DNA from: Octopus bimaculoides
Taxonomy: Eukaryota
Length of the DNA: 64,000 nucleotides
Assembly: GCF_001194135.2 (NCBI RefSeq)
Contig: NC_068992.1
Span: 4,913,493-4,977,492 of the forward strand
Direction: 5' to 3'
In this document: positions 14,027 to 27,599 of the stretch, piece by piece
Position numbering within the stretch: the first letter of the stretch is position 1
How the letters are laid out: each line of letters begins with the position of its first letter
The notes under the pieces: model-generated
Databases searched by the model: none
What the model saw: the letters and a program-made list of their open reading frames with translations, nothing else
What the model was told of the DNA's origin: nothing
Position numbers and translations under genes: made by a program

Positions 14027-14789
14027 TGTGTGTGTGCGTGTGTGTATGAGCGCATGTATATAGATACGCCTACACTCACGTACACCGTCAATATACAGCT
14101 ATTAAACAGATTCTAAACATTATAGTCACTTTATTGCTGTGATGTAAATTTACATTTTATTTGTAAACGTTCAAAGAAGCCTGTAAATGATATCACATTC
14201 AAATAGATATCTCTGTGTAGATTTTATCAAATATTCATTGAAATTATAATTTATGTTCAAACACATTCAAAAACATTTTTTTTTTTTTTGCAATCCATTC
14301 CAATCAAAGAATTTCAAAACGGAAAATAATACAATTCAGGTAAGGTTGGCAAAAATCCAAGATATTTCCCCAAATATTTAAGCATATTGACATAAAAGTA
14401 AAAAGTAAAAAGAGCGAGTGAATTTGCAAGTTTACAGCAGTTCTGTGATTATTGTTTAAACATTCTTTTTATTTGCATAAATATATACTTATATCTCTAA
14501 ACACATAAAGAAATTCACCCACTGGCATACAGATACTCGCTAATGTATACACACGCGCATACACACACACTCACTCACACACACAAACATACACACACAC
14601 AAACACACTATGTTTTCTTCTCAATACTTTCTATCGAAGAGCGAACACTCGAAATATCAATCACTTTTCCATTCTGCCCCAGTGTGAAACTAATATACCT
14701 GCTTATATTTCTATCACTTGTCTTCGTTTTTTTTTTATATATACTCTGTAAATTTGAAACACACATATATATATATATATATATATATC

Positions 14790-15085
14790 GTTGCTCACAC
14801 GTTACAATCGTCCATCTTTCTGTCTCTCCCGTGACCATATTTCTCTCCTGCACAACTTTGTAAGCATTGGTCGTCTTCCATGTCTCTCTCTTCTATATTT
14901 TCTCTTTTCAAAGAAAATATTTTGTCTCAGTATTCACTATTTTCCCCTCGTTCAGGTCTAATGACCATCTATGCTTGTTTTCGTTCGGTTTCCAAGTATG
15001 ACTCCACTGTCCTGTTTTTGGTCCGAACTTTGACACTCCATAGATCCCAAATTTTATTTTGGTATTTATGGGAACAACTGTCTTG
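14790..15085. repeat. Interspersed repeat family F1 (possibly Penelope pLTR-derived)
   Basis: TTTTCCCCTCGTTCAGGTCTAATGACC...TTGTTTTCGTTCGG...TTATTTTGGTATTTATGGGAACAACTG matches the reverse complement of 52285-52420 and directly matches 52660-52770. Confidence 0.65.
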
Positions 15086-16721
15086 TATGTTTAAGAATTA
15101 CAATTAGAATTACACATGTATAGAGGAAAAAAAAATATTATGTTGATTTTAACTTTTACATTTACACAAATCTATGAAAAGCGATATTGACTGCTCGTTA
15201 AACATTTGTTGCCTTACGAATCATTTGATTTTTGGTGTTATGAATCATTTATTCTATTGATATTTCACTGATGTTTTGTTTCGATTGTGGAATACTTCGT
15301 TTTTATTTTACAGTGCCTTAATCTGAGCTTATTACTAGATTGCCCGACCGTTTCGCGAGCTTTTGTTGGATTGTCTCTCAAAACTGCGAATAACATACGT
15401 TTGATGTGAATCAAGATGTTCACGATTTTATCAAATTAAAGCGTCTAAATTATGGGTAAATTTGCTTCATACACATTTCCTTCGGTAGTCAATTATATGT
15501 CAACAAATCATAACCTATAGAATCTACAGAACTATAAATGATATAATAACATCCGATATCATTTCCTGTTTTCCAAAGAACAGTAAGGTTAGATTTAGCA
15601 AAACCTCCAATACCATTGAAGTTCCCCAGTCAATTAAAAGCTCACTTATATAAGATATTCCCGTAAATCTAGACAGAAATTATCCATAATTGCTCCTGTA
15701 ATGTGACTAGAAATAGCATCGAGCTTTTTTTCCGGATAAGATATTTTTATCCTTATTTCACCGAAAAACGATTTACTTATTAGAATATATATAGCGCTTA
15801 GAAAATTATTGGGTGACAGCGTAGAAATATTTTTAATAACGCACAAACGAACAGTGAATTAGAAGTAAGATTCCATTATAAATATGACATTTCAGACTCT
15901 ATGCAGATCTCTATCATTTCGCGTTCAACTGTTTAACATTACATTCGCTAAAAGAATCTTTCCCAAAGTGTGACAATGAACTGATATCTTTTTTTTATAT
16001 TGGTTTTCAGTGGAGATTATACATAGATCATAGATCTTTCTCTCCTTGACGTCGGTGAATTCAGTGATTTAATGTTCACCTTCAAAGGTGCAAATCTATT
16101 TCAGTACCTTAAGAGAAAGGCAAGAAATACAAAAGACGCAGGTACCGCCTGCTCTACACAAAGAATGATGTGTTGAACTCATTTCAATGAAAGATGGGCA
16201 AAGATCACGTTCCTGTTTTTCGCTAGCCAAAGAGACCGATGGAATGAATGCCACTAATGACCATCTTCAAAAGTTGCAACGACGTGATTCGCATCCAGAA
16301 GAAAAAAAAGAATGAATAGGGATGGAAATTAAAGATGGCTGGCGTGCTGGGCGGGAGTTTCAGGGTGTAACATTCAATGCAGTATCTTGTTCGATAAAAA
16401 TGTTGTAGGTGAGGTTATACCGCGAAGTAAGGTGGGTCGAATATATTAGGATTAACGTAAGGCATTGATAATCCTAGTAAATGAAGTCGCTCTATTAATT
16501 GTAAAGGACGCAGACTGAAGATGGCAACTTATGGCAATTAAGTGTTACCATTATGAATGTGACTACAATCGAGGGAGTTTCTAATGCATAAATGTTCACT
16601 AAGGGAAATAATGCTCCCATATCAATCAAGTAGGTGATAGTTAAAATAATTTCTCAGTCAGAAGCTATATGTCATACATGTGGATTCATCACACTAGATT
16701 AATATTATATATATAACATAG

Positions 16722-16723
<2 letters not shown>

Positions 16724-16804
<81 letters not shown>
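16724..16804. repeat. (GA)n microsatellite, ~80 bp
   Basis: Directly visible. Confidence 0.95.
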
Positions 16805-16808
<4 letters not shown>

Positions 16809-17557
16809 TGTAATAATGCGAAAAAGCAAATTAGATATATCAAATATAGCAGTTAGGGCATGAAATAAAAAATATGATTACATGTATACATAAAAAAAAA
16901 TGAGAGAGAACAAAAAGTGGAGCCTTTCAGACGATGAATATTTAAGTATAAATATATAGATATTTATATTAGATCCAACTTACACAGAGTGCAAATGAAA
17001 GGGAGAAAGAAAGGTGTCATAATTCCAACAGCTGTTTCTGGAGACTCAGAGATCCCTCAAAATGTTGGAAGATGTATATCATCTCAATATGCGGCCGCAA
17101 TGAAAGCAATCAACATTAGATGAACCGAGTCAACGTCATCAGGGTAGAAAAGATCTTCGATTGTAGGTCATATTGACTTTCCGCGTGGAACTTCTATGCA
17201 TTACGCAATGGTTTACCTGTATACATGTTTTATGTTTCATACCGCAACTGATATATTCAGTATATCTAATTTGTTTATCAGCGTTGTTTCTTCCATATAT
17301 TCTCATCTTGCGTGCGTGTTTTTGTGTTGTGTGGGTCTGTGCGTATGTGTGCGTTTGTGTGGATGTATGTGCGTATGTGTGTGTGTGTGTCTGCATGTGT
17401 GTGAGTGTATATTTACCGCCTCCTAGCATGATGCACAGAGGTGTATTGAAATCTTTTACATTTGATATTACATGTGGATTATAACCTCCATTGTATCGAA
17501 GAAAGAGTGAAACATATTTTAAGCGATACCAAATCAACGACAACCAACACGATCATT

Positions 17558-17767
17558 TATAACAGCGAATATTCAAGGCTTAACGAAGTAATTCCAAGTT
17601 GCCTCTTAGATAAGATCGACACACTGTGGTTACTGCTTTTATATTCCCCAACACATTTGAAGCACATTAATGTCATTCGCAATTTCCGTATGAATTCTCA
17701 AAGAGAATGAAACTGAAGCAATAAAAAAATATATTTTAATCAGGCAAATTCTCTACTAAAGAAAACT
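17558..17767 (+). repeat. 210-bp direct repeat, copy 1 (copy 2 at 18228-18437)
   Basis: Near-identical sequence from TATAACAGCGAATATTCA to CTAAAGAAAACT with only a few substitutions; copy 2 begins right after an N-gap. Confidence 0.9.
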
Positions 17768-17861
17768 TCACCACCATTATACGTATATGAATATATTTTC
17801 CTGTGTCAACAATAATATTAGTAGTTTGATTATTTTTTATACTTTTATAAGTTTCAGTCAT

Positions 17862-18035
17862 TTGATTACAGCCATGCTGGAGCACAATGTATAGTCGAAC
17901 AAATAGACCACAGGATTTATTCTTTGTAAGTCTAGTACTTATTCTATCACCCCTTCAGCCGAACTGCTAAGGTACTGGGACGTAAACACACCAACATCAA
18001 TTGTGAAGTGATAATAGGGGGATAGACAAAGACAG
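17862..18035 (-). mobile_element. 3' tail of SINE family B
   Basis: CAGCCATGCTGGAGCAC...TTCTTTGTAAGTCTAGTACTTATTCTATC...GCCGAACTGCTAAGGTACTGGGACGTAAACACACC is the rc of the family B tail. Confidence 0.75.
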
Positions 18036-18066
<31 letters not shown>

Positions 18067-18227
18067 NNNNNNNNNNNNNNNNNNNNNNNNNNNNNNNNNN
18101 NNNNNNNNNNNNNNNNNNNNNNNNNNNNNNNNNNNNNNNNNNNNNNNNNNNNNNNNNNNNNNNNNNNNNNNNNNNNNNNNNNNNNNNNNNNNNNNNNNNN
18201 NNNNNNNNNNNNNNNNNNNNNNNTATA

Positions 18228-18437
18228 TATAACAGCGAATATTCACGGCTTAACGAAGTAATTCCAAGTTGCCTCTTAGATAAGATCGACACACTGTGGT
18301 TACTGCTTTTATAATCCCCAACACATTTGAAGCACATTAATGTCATTCGCAATTTCCGTATGAATTCTCAAAGAGAATGAAACTGAAGCAATAAAAAAAT
18401 ATATTTTAATCAGACAAATTCTCTACTAAAGAAAACT
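18228..18437 (+). repeat. 210-bp direct repeat, copy 2
   Basis: See 17558-17767; possibly an uncollapsed haplotype. Confidence 0.9.
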
Positions 18438-18464
18438 AATATATATATATATACACACACATAG

Positions 18465-18615
18465 ATGGCGGTCTTCTTTTCCGTCTAACAAATTCACTCA
18501 CAAGTCTTTGGTCAGTCCGAGGCTATAATAGAAGACAATTGCCCAAGGTGCTACGGAGCAGGACTCAACCCGGAATCTTGTGGTTGGGAAACAAGCTTCT
18601 TGCCAGACAGCCACT
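18465..18615 (-). mobile_element. SINE family B head and core
   Basis: TTCCGTCTAACAAATTCACTCACAAG...CCGAGGCTATAATAGAAGACAATTGCCCAAGGTGC...GGACTCAACCCGG...TGGTTGGG is the rc of the copy at 20021. Confidence 0.8.
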
Positions 18616-19802
18616 TTGAAACTTCTATTTTCTTTTAACCAGGTTGTAAGCAGCGATGTTATTCGCAACTTGTATTTAGTAAAATTGTCTTACAAAACGG
18701 AAGCCAAGACTGAGAAAAAAGAAAAAAAAACTTGTCCTCACTTTCATGCAAACGCTATAGTTTTCCTTTTAAGTAAGAAAGGTAGATGTGCAATGAGCTA
18801 TGAGTTATAACCTTAGACCTTGTACTCCCCGCCCTGGTAAAGATATATTTTGAAAATAACATTTATTGATTCCCCCTTGGGCGAAATTCTACATTACGCA
18901 TAGGTTATATCTCCATTTTTTTTTATTTTGAGGTAATTTAATTTAAAAACATTTTCTGGATTTGTATTCTACACAAGGGTATTCATACGACTATAAAATA
19001 TAATATTATCATGACATACGACTCAAATTAACATATATATGTATAGTAATATATAATATATAATACAAATTAAATTATTAATATGACAGATGACTATAAA
19101 CAAAGAAAGTTTTTTTTAAATATTTTTTTGAAATTTATTAAAAACTTTTATTTTGTATTTTCCAAATTATTTTCTTAATCACAGTTTAAATTACGCACAG
19201 TCCGAAGTTTGGGCTTACATCTCAGAAATAAACCATTAAATATGTTTATGGGGAGAACATTATTGAAAAAAAAAAATCAATTCGTCAGAATGACAAAGAA
19301 ACGAAGACGGTTGTGCGATGTGCTAAACGTAACGGCAAACATCACTTAAATCACACAAATTCACCATAAAAATTACTGAAAATTCTTTCTGAAACATAAA
19401 AAAGTTATGAAGGCTTCTATGTAGAATTCCACACTCTCTTTCTCTAGGCTCCTTTACATATAGCCATTGAAAATATCTTAAATCGTCCCACAGTATGGTT
19501 TTCCCTTCCCTTATATTCGCCTTATATTCCGATACTACACAGATCCATAACGCTGCTGCACTGAAGTAAAATCACTTCTGCATCACCGTAACTGTGCTCT
19601 GTTTATCCTTAAACATATCTTATGAAAAGAAAGATAAATCAAACTTTCAGAATTTGCCCTACAGAACACCCCTATAATCATAAGTTGCATATGCATGCAG
19701 GCATAGAAACACACGGACAAAACCACAAAGCGAATGTATGCACATATGTAAAAATCGCCACCTACATATACATCACTATGCACTTTCTCATAAATTATCT
19801 CT

Positions 19803-19839
<37 letters not shown>

Positions 19840-20020
19840 GAGAGAGAGAGAGAGAGAGNNNNNNNNNNAGAGAGGAAGAGAGAGAGAGATAGATAGAGAG
19901 AGAGAGAGAGAGAAAGGTATGTATATGCATATGGATGTATATATGTATTTATGTATATATAGATATGTGTGTATAAATAAATGTACATACACACACACAT
20001 ACACACACACACACACACAT

Positions 20021-20168
20021 ATGGTAAGTAGCTTGCTTACCAACCACATGGTCCCGGGTTCAGTCCCACTGCGTGGCATCTTGGGCAAGTGCCTTCTACT
20101 ATAGCCTCGGGCCGACCAATGCCTTGTGAGTGGATTTGGTAGACGGAAACTGAAAGAAGCCCGTCGTA
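20021..20168 (+). mobile_element. SINE family B head and core (well preserved)
   Basis: GGTAAGTAGCTTGCTTACCAACCACATGGTCCCGGGTTCAGTCCCACTGCGTGGCATCTTGGGCAAGTG...GACGGAAACTGAAAGAAGCCCGTCG, then (TA)/(TG) linker and gap. B-box-like GGTTCAGTCCC; TTGGGCAAGT resembles CORE-type SINE domains. Confidence 0.85.
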
Positions 20169-20248
20169 TATGTGTATATATATGTGTATGTGTGTGTGTG
20201 TCTTTCTGTGTCTGTGTCTGTGCGTGTGTTTGTGTCTATGTGTTTGTT

Positions 20249-21147
20249 NNNNNNNNNNNNNNNNNNNNNNNNNNNNNNNNNNNNNNNNNNNNNNNNNNNN
20301 NNNNNNNNNNNNNNNNNNNNNNNNNNNNNNNNNNNNNNNNNNNNNNNNNNNNNNNNNNNNNNNNNNNNNNNNNNNNNNNNNNNNNNNNNNNNNNNNNNNN
20401 NNNNNNNNNNNNNNNNNNNNNNNNNNNNNNNNNNNNNNNNNNNNNNNNNNNNNNNNNNNNNNNNNNNNNNNNNNNNNNNNNNNNNNNNNNNNNNNNNNNN
20501 NNNNNNNNNNNNNNNNNNNNNNNNNNNNNNNNNNNNNNNNNNNNNNNNNNNNNNNNNNNNNNNNNNNNNNNNNNNNNNNNNNNNNNNNNNNNNNNNNNNN
20601 NNNNNNNNNNNNNNNNNNNNNNNNNNNNNNNNNNNNNNNNNNNNNNNNNNNNNNNNNNNNNNNNNNNNNNNNNNNNNNNNNNNNNNNNNNNNNNNNNNNN
20701 NNNNNNNNNNNNNNNNNNNNNNNNNNNNNNNNNNNNNNNNNNNNNNNNNNNNNNNNNNNNNNNNNNNNNNNNNNNNNNNNNNNNNNNNNNNNNNNNNNNN
20801 NNNNNNNNNNNNNNNNNNNNNNNNNNNNNNNNNNNNNNNNNNNNNNNNNNNNNNNNNNNNNNNNNNNNNNNNNNNNNNNNNNNNNNNNNNNNNNNNNNNN
20901 NNNNNNNNNNNNNNNNNNNNNNNNNNNNNNNNNNNNNNNNNNNNNNNNNNNNNNNNNNNNNNNNNNNNNNNNNNNNNNNNNNNNNNNNNNNNNNNNNNNN
21001 NNNNNNNNNNNNNNNNNNNNNNNNNNNNNNNNNNNNNNNNNNNNNNNNNNNNNNNNNNNNNNNNNNNNNNNNNNNNNNNNNNNNNNNNNNNNNNNNNNNN
21101 NNNNNNNNNNNNNNNNNNNNNNNNNNNNNNNNNNNNNNNNNNNNNNC
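20249..21147. other. Assembly gap (largest in the window); other gaps include 11113-11329, 18067-18223, 29382-30118 and several 10-N gaps
   Basis: Runs of N; ORFs spanning them are artefacts. Confidence 0.99.
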
Positions 21148-22724
21148 ATATATACATATATATACGTGTACTTTCTTCATATTGTATGCGTATAGAATAA
21201 AGATATATCCCACTCAGATTTGTGAAAAGAAATTCATTGAATACGTTACTAAAGTGCATAGAATTTCCTCATAGTATGCTAGATTTACATTTCACATTTT
21301 TTCGCAGCCATATGTACGTCAACTCATGATATGTGTAGTATGTGTATGTGTGTGTGTGTCTTTCTGTGTCTGTGTCTGTGCGTGTGTTTGTGTCTATGTG
21401 TTTGTTTGCGTGTCTGTGTTTGAGTGTGTGCGACGAATTGTGTAATTTGGTGAAAAATCCGTGAATTCCAGATTCTTTGGTTTCTCTGTAGAGCATTCTA
21501 ACCGATCCATTTTATTATATTCCAGTAATGCATTCCAGTCAATATTCTGGCTCATCTGATGACGGAATGGTAATATATTGACTGCTTAGAAATAGAAAAA
21601 AAAAAAAAAATCTGCGCATTTAGATACACATTCACACATGTATTTATTTTTGTGCTGTTCCTATGTGTGTGTCTTTCTATGTGTATATATNNNNNNNNNN
21701 NNNNNNNNNNNNNNNNNNNNNNNNNNNNNNNNNNNNNNNNNNNNNNNNNNNNNNNNNNATATACATATATATACATAAAACGATACACGCGCTTACACAC
21801 ACAGACTCACACAAACTTAAATAGATAGAAACACACACATTCACATGTATGCAGATATTTATATATATAAACATCGACGCATAAACTCACTTATATCTTT
21901 TCCTTATATACATATGCCTAGCTTTAAATACAGAACACAGTTCTTGTTGTCTAACTTTCTGATACTAATTTTAAATGCGCAATGAAGGTCATCCTTTTCT
22001 CAATAAGATATATTAAAATCCAACAGACTTTTTCAGCTCATATCATGTGAATACGTAATGTAATATGTTATCAAGCCGGTCATTTCTCGTCTATCACAAC
22101 ACAAGATTAAACAGTGTTCAATAATGTATTTCTCCCTGATTTTCGCAGATATACGCACATATTGGAATTTGCTGGAATGTCTTATCAGAATGTCTTAGAT
22201 ATATAAATTTTCCTTTCCTTCATAACTAAATATGAATGTAGTGTTATTTTTAAGCTTCTTGTGAAGTTTCTCGGGAAATGTGCGTAACTAATTCGGAAAA
22301 CAATTATTTGTGATTTCCTTACGTAATAATTTCAGATAACACAAGCCAGACATAATAAATCAATAAAATGAAAACGGACATGACATCAAGAGAGTTGGAT
22401 CAACTGGAAATAAAGGTATATCCAATACGAATATAATATATTGCGGAAATTATATTCAGATCTGACAAAGTATTACGGAAATATACTTAGAATCCACATC
22501 ATAATTGTACACAAGAAAGTATTATTATGTATAAGTGGATATCATTTTATATTTCCAAGTTAGATGTACAAATATAGAGACCTGATTAGGTTTTGTTTAT
22601 GATTCTTTTAAAATAGTGATTTGTAGCGTAGTTTTCAAGTAATCACCAGTTAAATATACATATATTTAATACGTTTATAATACATTCTATATTTTTCGAT
22701 TTCCCATTTATATCCATAGATATA

Positions 22725-22786
22725 TCTACCTATCTACCTACCTACCTACCTACCTACCTGCCTACCTACCGACCTACCTAACTATA

Positions 22787-22818
<32 letters not shown>

Positions 22819-22864
22819 TTATCTATCTATCTATCCCTCCATCTATCTATCCCTCCATCAATCC

Positions 22865-22896
<32 letters not shown>

Positions 22897-22973
22897 ATCT
22901 ATTTATCTATCTATCTACCTTTCTATCTCTCTATCTGTCTGTCTGTGTATCTATTTATCTATCAACTTATTTA

Positions 22974-23004
<31 letters not shown>

Positions 23005-23067
23005 GCTTCTGCATAGGTGCAGTCAAATGACTAAAACGATTAAAACAATATAAGGATAAAAAGATAA

Positions 23068-23125
<58 letters not shown>
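22725..23125. repeat. Compound microsatellite: (TACC)n, (CT)n, (TATC)n, (GT)n, (TA)n, (TAGA)n
   Basis: Directly visible; includes a short family B tail end GCAGTCAAATGACTAAAAC at ~23018. Confidence 0.9.
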
Positions 23126-23142
<17 letters not shown>

Positions 23143-23214
23143 TACACCTATATGCTTACATGTGTATGCATACACACACACAAACACTCACTCTCACACA
23201 CACACGCGTGCACA

Positions 23215-23216
23215 CG

Positions 23217-23290
<74 letters not shown>
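23215..23290. repeat. (CA)n microsatellite
   Basis: Directly visible. Confidence 0.95.
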
Positions 23291-23293
<3 letters not shown>

Positions 23294-24327
23294 GCATATT
23301 CTTGAAATTTTCATCGAAGAAAACAATATTCTCTATTATGAAGCAGCTGCTAAGGTCAATAAAGCATAGAAAATTGATTTCCAACGAGGTTTCATAATGA
23401 ATTCTAGGCCTTTATGTAATGAAGTTTGAACTAGATGTATATCTTACTGATTGTTTTCAGGGCTCAGTGGTGTATGCATGCGTAAATTAAACATCAGCAA
23501 CACTAAGAAATCTATGCAAATTTTAGTTGTTGAAGGGGGTTGATTGTTGTTCGTAGAGACAAAATTAATAACTATAAGAATGCGCTCATCGACGTTTGAC
23601 AAAAACGATAAAAAAGTGTAGAAATGTTGCCAACGGTGAAGTCTTCATATAAGTAAATAAATGTGAAAGAAAAAAGCTTACAAGAAAAAGTATTTTTCAC
23701 TTGTTTTAAAATTGTTTTATACTTTCCAATATAAATGATAAATGAGTGTATATTATCTATCTGAAGTTCAAAGTGCTTCGAATATATTTATTTTTGAGAT
23801 TTCGTTTTTTCAGTCTGCATCATAGTTCAGGATATCCTTTAAAATATATTTTTTTTAAAAATTATTATTTTTACATAATTTACTTACAGAAAATGAAGTT
23901 TCATGAAAATACGTCAAATATTGATAAAATATGAAGTGAGTTTTATATAAAGCTAAAGATTGGTTTATAGAAAGTCAATATTGAAAGAAGATGAAAGCAA
24001 CGTCATAGAAATATATGATAACAATATATATAATTTCGATAGAACGCAGATAGTGCGAAGTAGAATCACAAGATTTATATTCCAGATTACAGACAATATT
24101 ATTAAATATCTTTATATATACATGCATATTTATAAGTTCATACACAGGCATATATATGTGTGTGTATGCGTGTTGTGTGCGTGTGCCTATATACATATAT
24201 ATGTATATACATTTTCACATATACACACAATATTTGATACACACTCAGACACACAAACACACCCACACATACATATATGTATAAATATATATATATGTAT
24301 GTGAATAGAGATTTACATATATACATA

Positions 24328-24375
<48 letters not shown>

Positions 24376-24380
24376 AATTT

Positions 24381-24413
<33 letters not shown>

Positions 24414-27400
24414 ATACATACATGCTTGTACATGTACGTCTGTATACGTACTCACACGCACACACATATATGCATACATGTATATGTGTGTGTGTTTGCA
24501 TATACATACGCATGTGTATGTATGTGTGACTATGTATGTGTAGGTTTACATGTGCCTAGGTATACACATAGATATAAGAGGACAAACACGTAGGATTAAA
24601 TTCGTGTTAATATACATGTTGTTCTCTCCTCCTCTATATCTTTCTTTGTCATGCATAAATTTCTTTTGAAAACCGATGAAATAAAACACGTAATTTTACT
24701 CTGGAAAGTTTTCTAGCATTCTATTACTGTATACTTAGATGTTTTACATACGATATAATAATCAATTTTAAATTCTTCCATCATTAGCAAAGCGTAAGTT
24801 AGATAAAGCATTCTGATTTATGTTTGAATAAAATCGAGTAACAAACTGTCCATGTTAAATGTCACGCTTAGTGAATAATGAAAAATATGTATGGTTCTAC
24901 GAGAACGCATGCGAATAAACTTGAAGATATTATTATCTTATATGACAATTTACAACAAATTTGTGTAAAATACTCAGTTCCCAGCATGATCATTTTATTG
25001 CTATTGAGGTTGTATTCTATTTTCTTCTAGTGTAGTTCATATTTCTGGTCAGGCAGGATATATTTTAAACACTTTCCAATTATAAAGACCAGTCTTTGAT
25101 TTGAAATTAGTATAACTCTCTGTATACAGCATGTCATGAGGTTAAGATCACAGTAACTTCAGAAAGTAACTGTCAATTTTACCAAGACGTATTCAGATAT
25201 TTCTCAGCGTAGTTTGCTTGACGGAAACTGTTTGGAATTCGGCTACTGAATCGTCCCCATCCTAGAGATAGTAGACTTAATCTATCACCGGACTGAACAG
25301 AGCCAAATAATCCTTTCACAAAATTGAGATTCTTGTTTGTTGTTAGTCGTCAGACAGATCAGCAGTGTGTATGACAAATTCTACTGTGTTTACACTAATG
25401 TCGGTGACCCGTAATTTGCGACATCTAATTTGTCAGTTGTCTATTATTTCTAGAACGGCAATGTAATTCTGAAAATATTACGGCCGTTTTACACCCTTCT
25501 CAAGCAGTATAAATTTCCCTATGAAAGTAAACATTCTTGTACGTTTAATATGTATGCTTATATTATACAACAAAATTGTATATTCACAAATTAGTGCAAA
25601 TAAAAATAGCTCATCAGATCAACGAAAGATCAAGGTTACATCATCAGTTCAACTTTAAACATACACATAAAATCCAACATACATGTGTACAATGGAAGGT
25701 CAGAACTAAGAAAAATTGCATTTATATTGATAGTAAAGTTTAAGAAACCGAGTCTTTCTATTACAGAAAAATATTATTCACACGTGCGTTCTCTCATATC
25801 AATTAATTTAAGGTGAAATTTATTTGAGTAAATAAAATGGTGAAGTACTTGTTTTCTCTCCTTCAGTTATAATAAACAATTTTGTATCGCATTTTATATT
25901 TTTCTTGATACATTTCTGCATTGTATTCACTTCCTCTCGTAGTCAAATTTGTATAATCTTTAAGATGTCATCAGTATATCTCTGCGAGAAAAAAAGTCTA
26001 ATATTAAGCTAAAAGCAATTAATATTTTCTTTAATCAATAGATTTTCTATGAGGACATTTTAGAAACTATTTTCATTGCTTTACTGATATATAAACTGGA
26101 ATTAATTTCCACCGTACAACATGTGTGTGTGTGTTGCGTTTGAGTGTATATGTTTGTGTGTGCGTGTAAGTGCGTGTGTGTGAACGCGTGGTGTTTGTGC
26201 GTGTTGTATAATGTTAAATACTGAAAACTTAGAAATATTACTATAGCTGATGTAATATCTCTTTGACGAGATTTCCTCACTCTTCCATTCCTGAAATAGG
26301 ATAATACACTTGTTGTTGCCTTAAACCTTCTATAGCTGGATCTTCCTGAAATCTCTCAAGTATTGCAATAGATATCCAGAATCGATTATTATTTATGAAT
26401 GGCGCTCCCAAATAATTCTAGAAGGTAGAATGAATATAAAGCGATAACCTCTTCAAAATCGATATTCAGTAGATTTTATGATACACCGAAAAAGAAAATC
26501 ATTAAACAACAATGCACATCTATTTTCCCTCTATATATATTCAAGCACCGGGATTAATTTCCAGAAATAATGTATGCTTCTATATTTCATGTTACAAACG
26601 GTGCACAATAGCACCATTGGTCACAAATTTCCACTGATCCAATTCCTAATTCTATTCTACTTCCCTGTATTTCATTCGCGTATCTCACCATTGATGACAG
26701 CGTGATTAAGCAAATGTATATTCTACGGGAGCAAATACGTAAAATGCAGGTGTTCGTTTCACTGGTTCATCCTTAAATTCTTTGACAACAAATATTTTCT
26801 ATCTCTCAAAGACATATACATGCACATGCAAGCACTCACACAGAGGTATACATACATCTGCATGAGCACATAGATATCTCTGCCTCACAAACACAAAAAA
26901 GCAGACATATATTTCTGTATGTGTATATATTTGTATAAGTGCATGTATCACGAAAGCATTATTTACATGGTTTTTATCTGAGAACACAATATCGCGCAAT
27001 TCATTGAGCAGAATGTAATTATGGTAACTGATGCTGCTGAAACACAGAGATTCTAACTACTTGTGACATGGTTGTGAAAGTAATATGTAAGACACGGAAA
27101 CTGGCACGTATCAATTGGGTTTTGGAAATATCAAGTGACATATATTTTTGATTCAACATACTTGTCGATGGTCCAGATAAATAGCTTTGTGTCTAATAAA
27201 GAAACAGAAAATTGAAGTAAAGAAATTTATAAAAGACGTATTGATTTTAGCAAAAGTATTGGACTGTTGCATATATAAATATTGTATTGTGGGTGGCAAA
27301 AACCATGGTCTACTGAACAACGCTTGATGTACTATACACACACATACACACTCACACATACACACACTCAGCATACCGACACACCTATATATGTATATAT

Positions 27401-27414
27401 ATATATATATATAT

Positions 27415-27590
27415 AGGGAGAATTCACAATAAAAAGCAAAAGACGCAGACAGGTGGTCTAGACAATAAACAGGTGTATTAGTATAGCGCTCGGGAAGTGA
27501 AAAAGTGTTTAACGTTTCGATTCGAGGCTACGTTCTTACTCAGAAAGAAACAAGGAGAGAAAAAAGAATGTGTAATGTCCACAACGTTCG
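27415..27590 (+). repeat. Interspersed repeat family F2, copy 1
   Basis: GGAGAATTCACAATAAAAAGCAAAAGACGCAGACAGGTGG...TGTATTAGTATAGCGCTCGGGAAGTGAAAAAG matches 46042-46205 and the rc of 31850-31948. Confidence 0.75.
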
Positions 27591-27599
27591 CAATAGCAA

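Noticed and set aside
14310-14339. Possible 30-nt exon (AAAG|AATTTC...TTCAG|GTAAGG, NFKTENNTIQ)
   Set aside because: AAG acceptor is weak, composition matches background, and there is no supporting homology.
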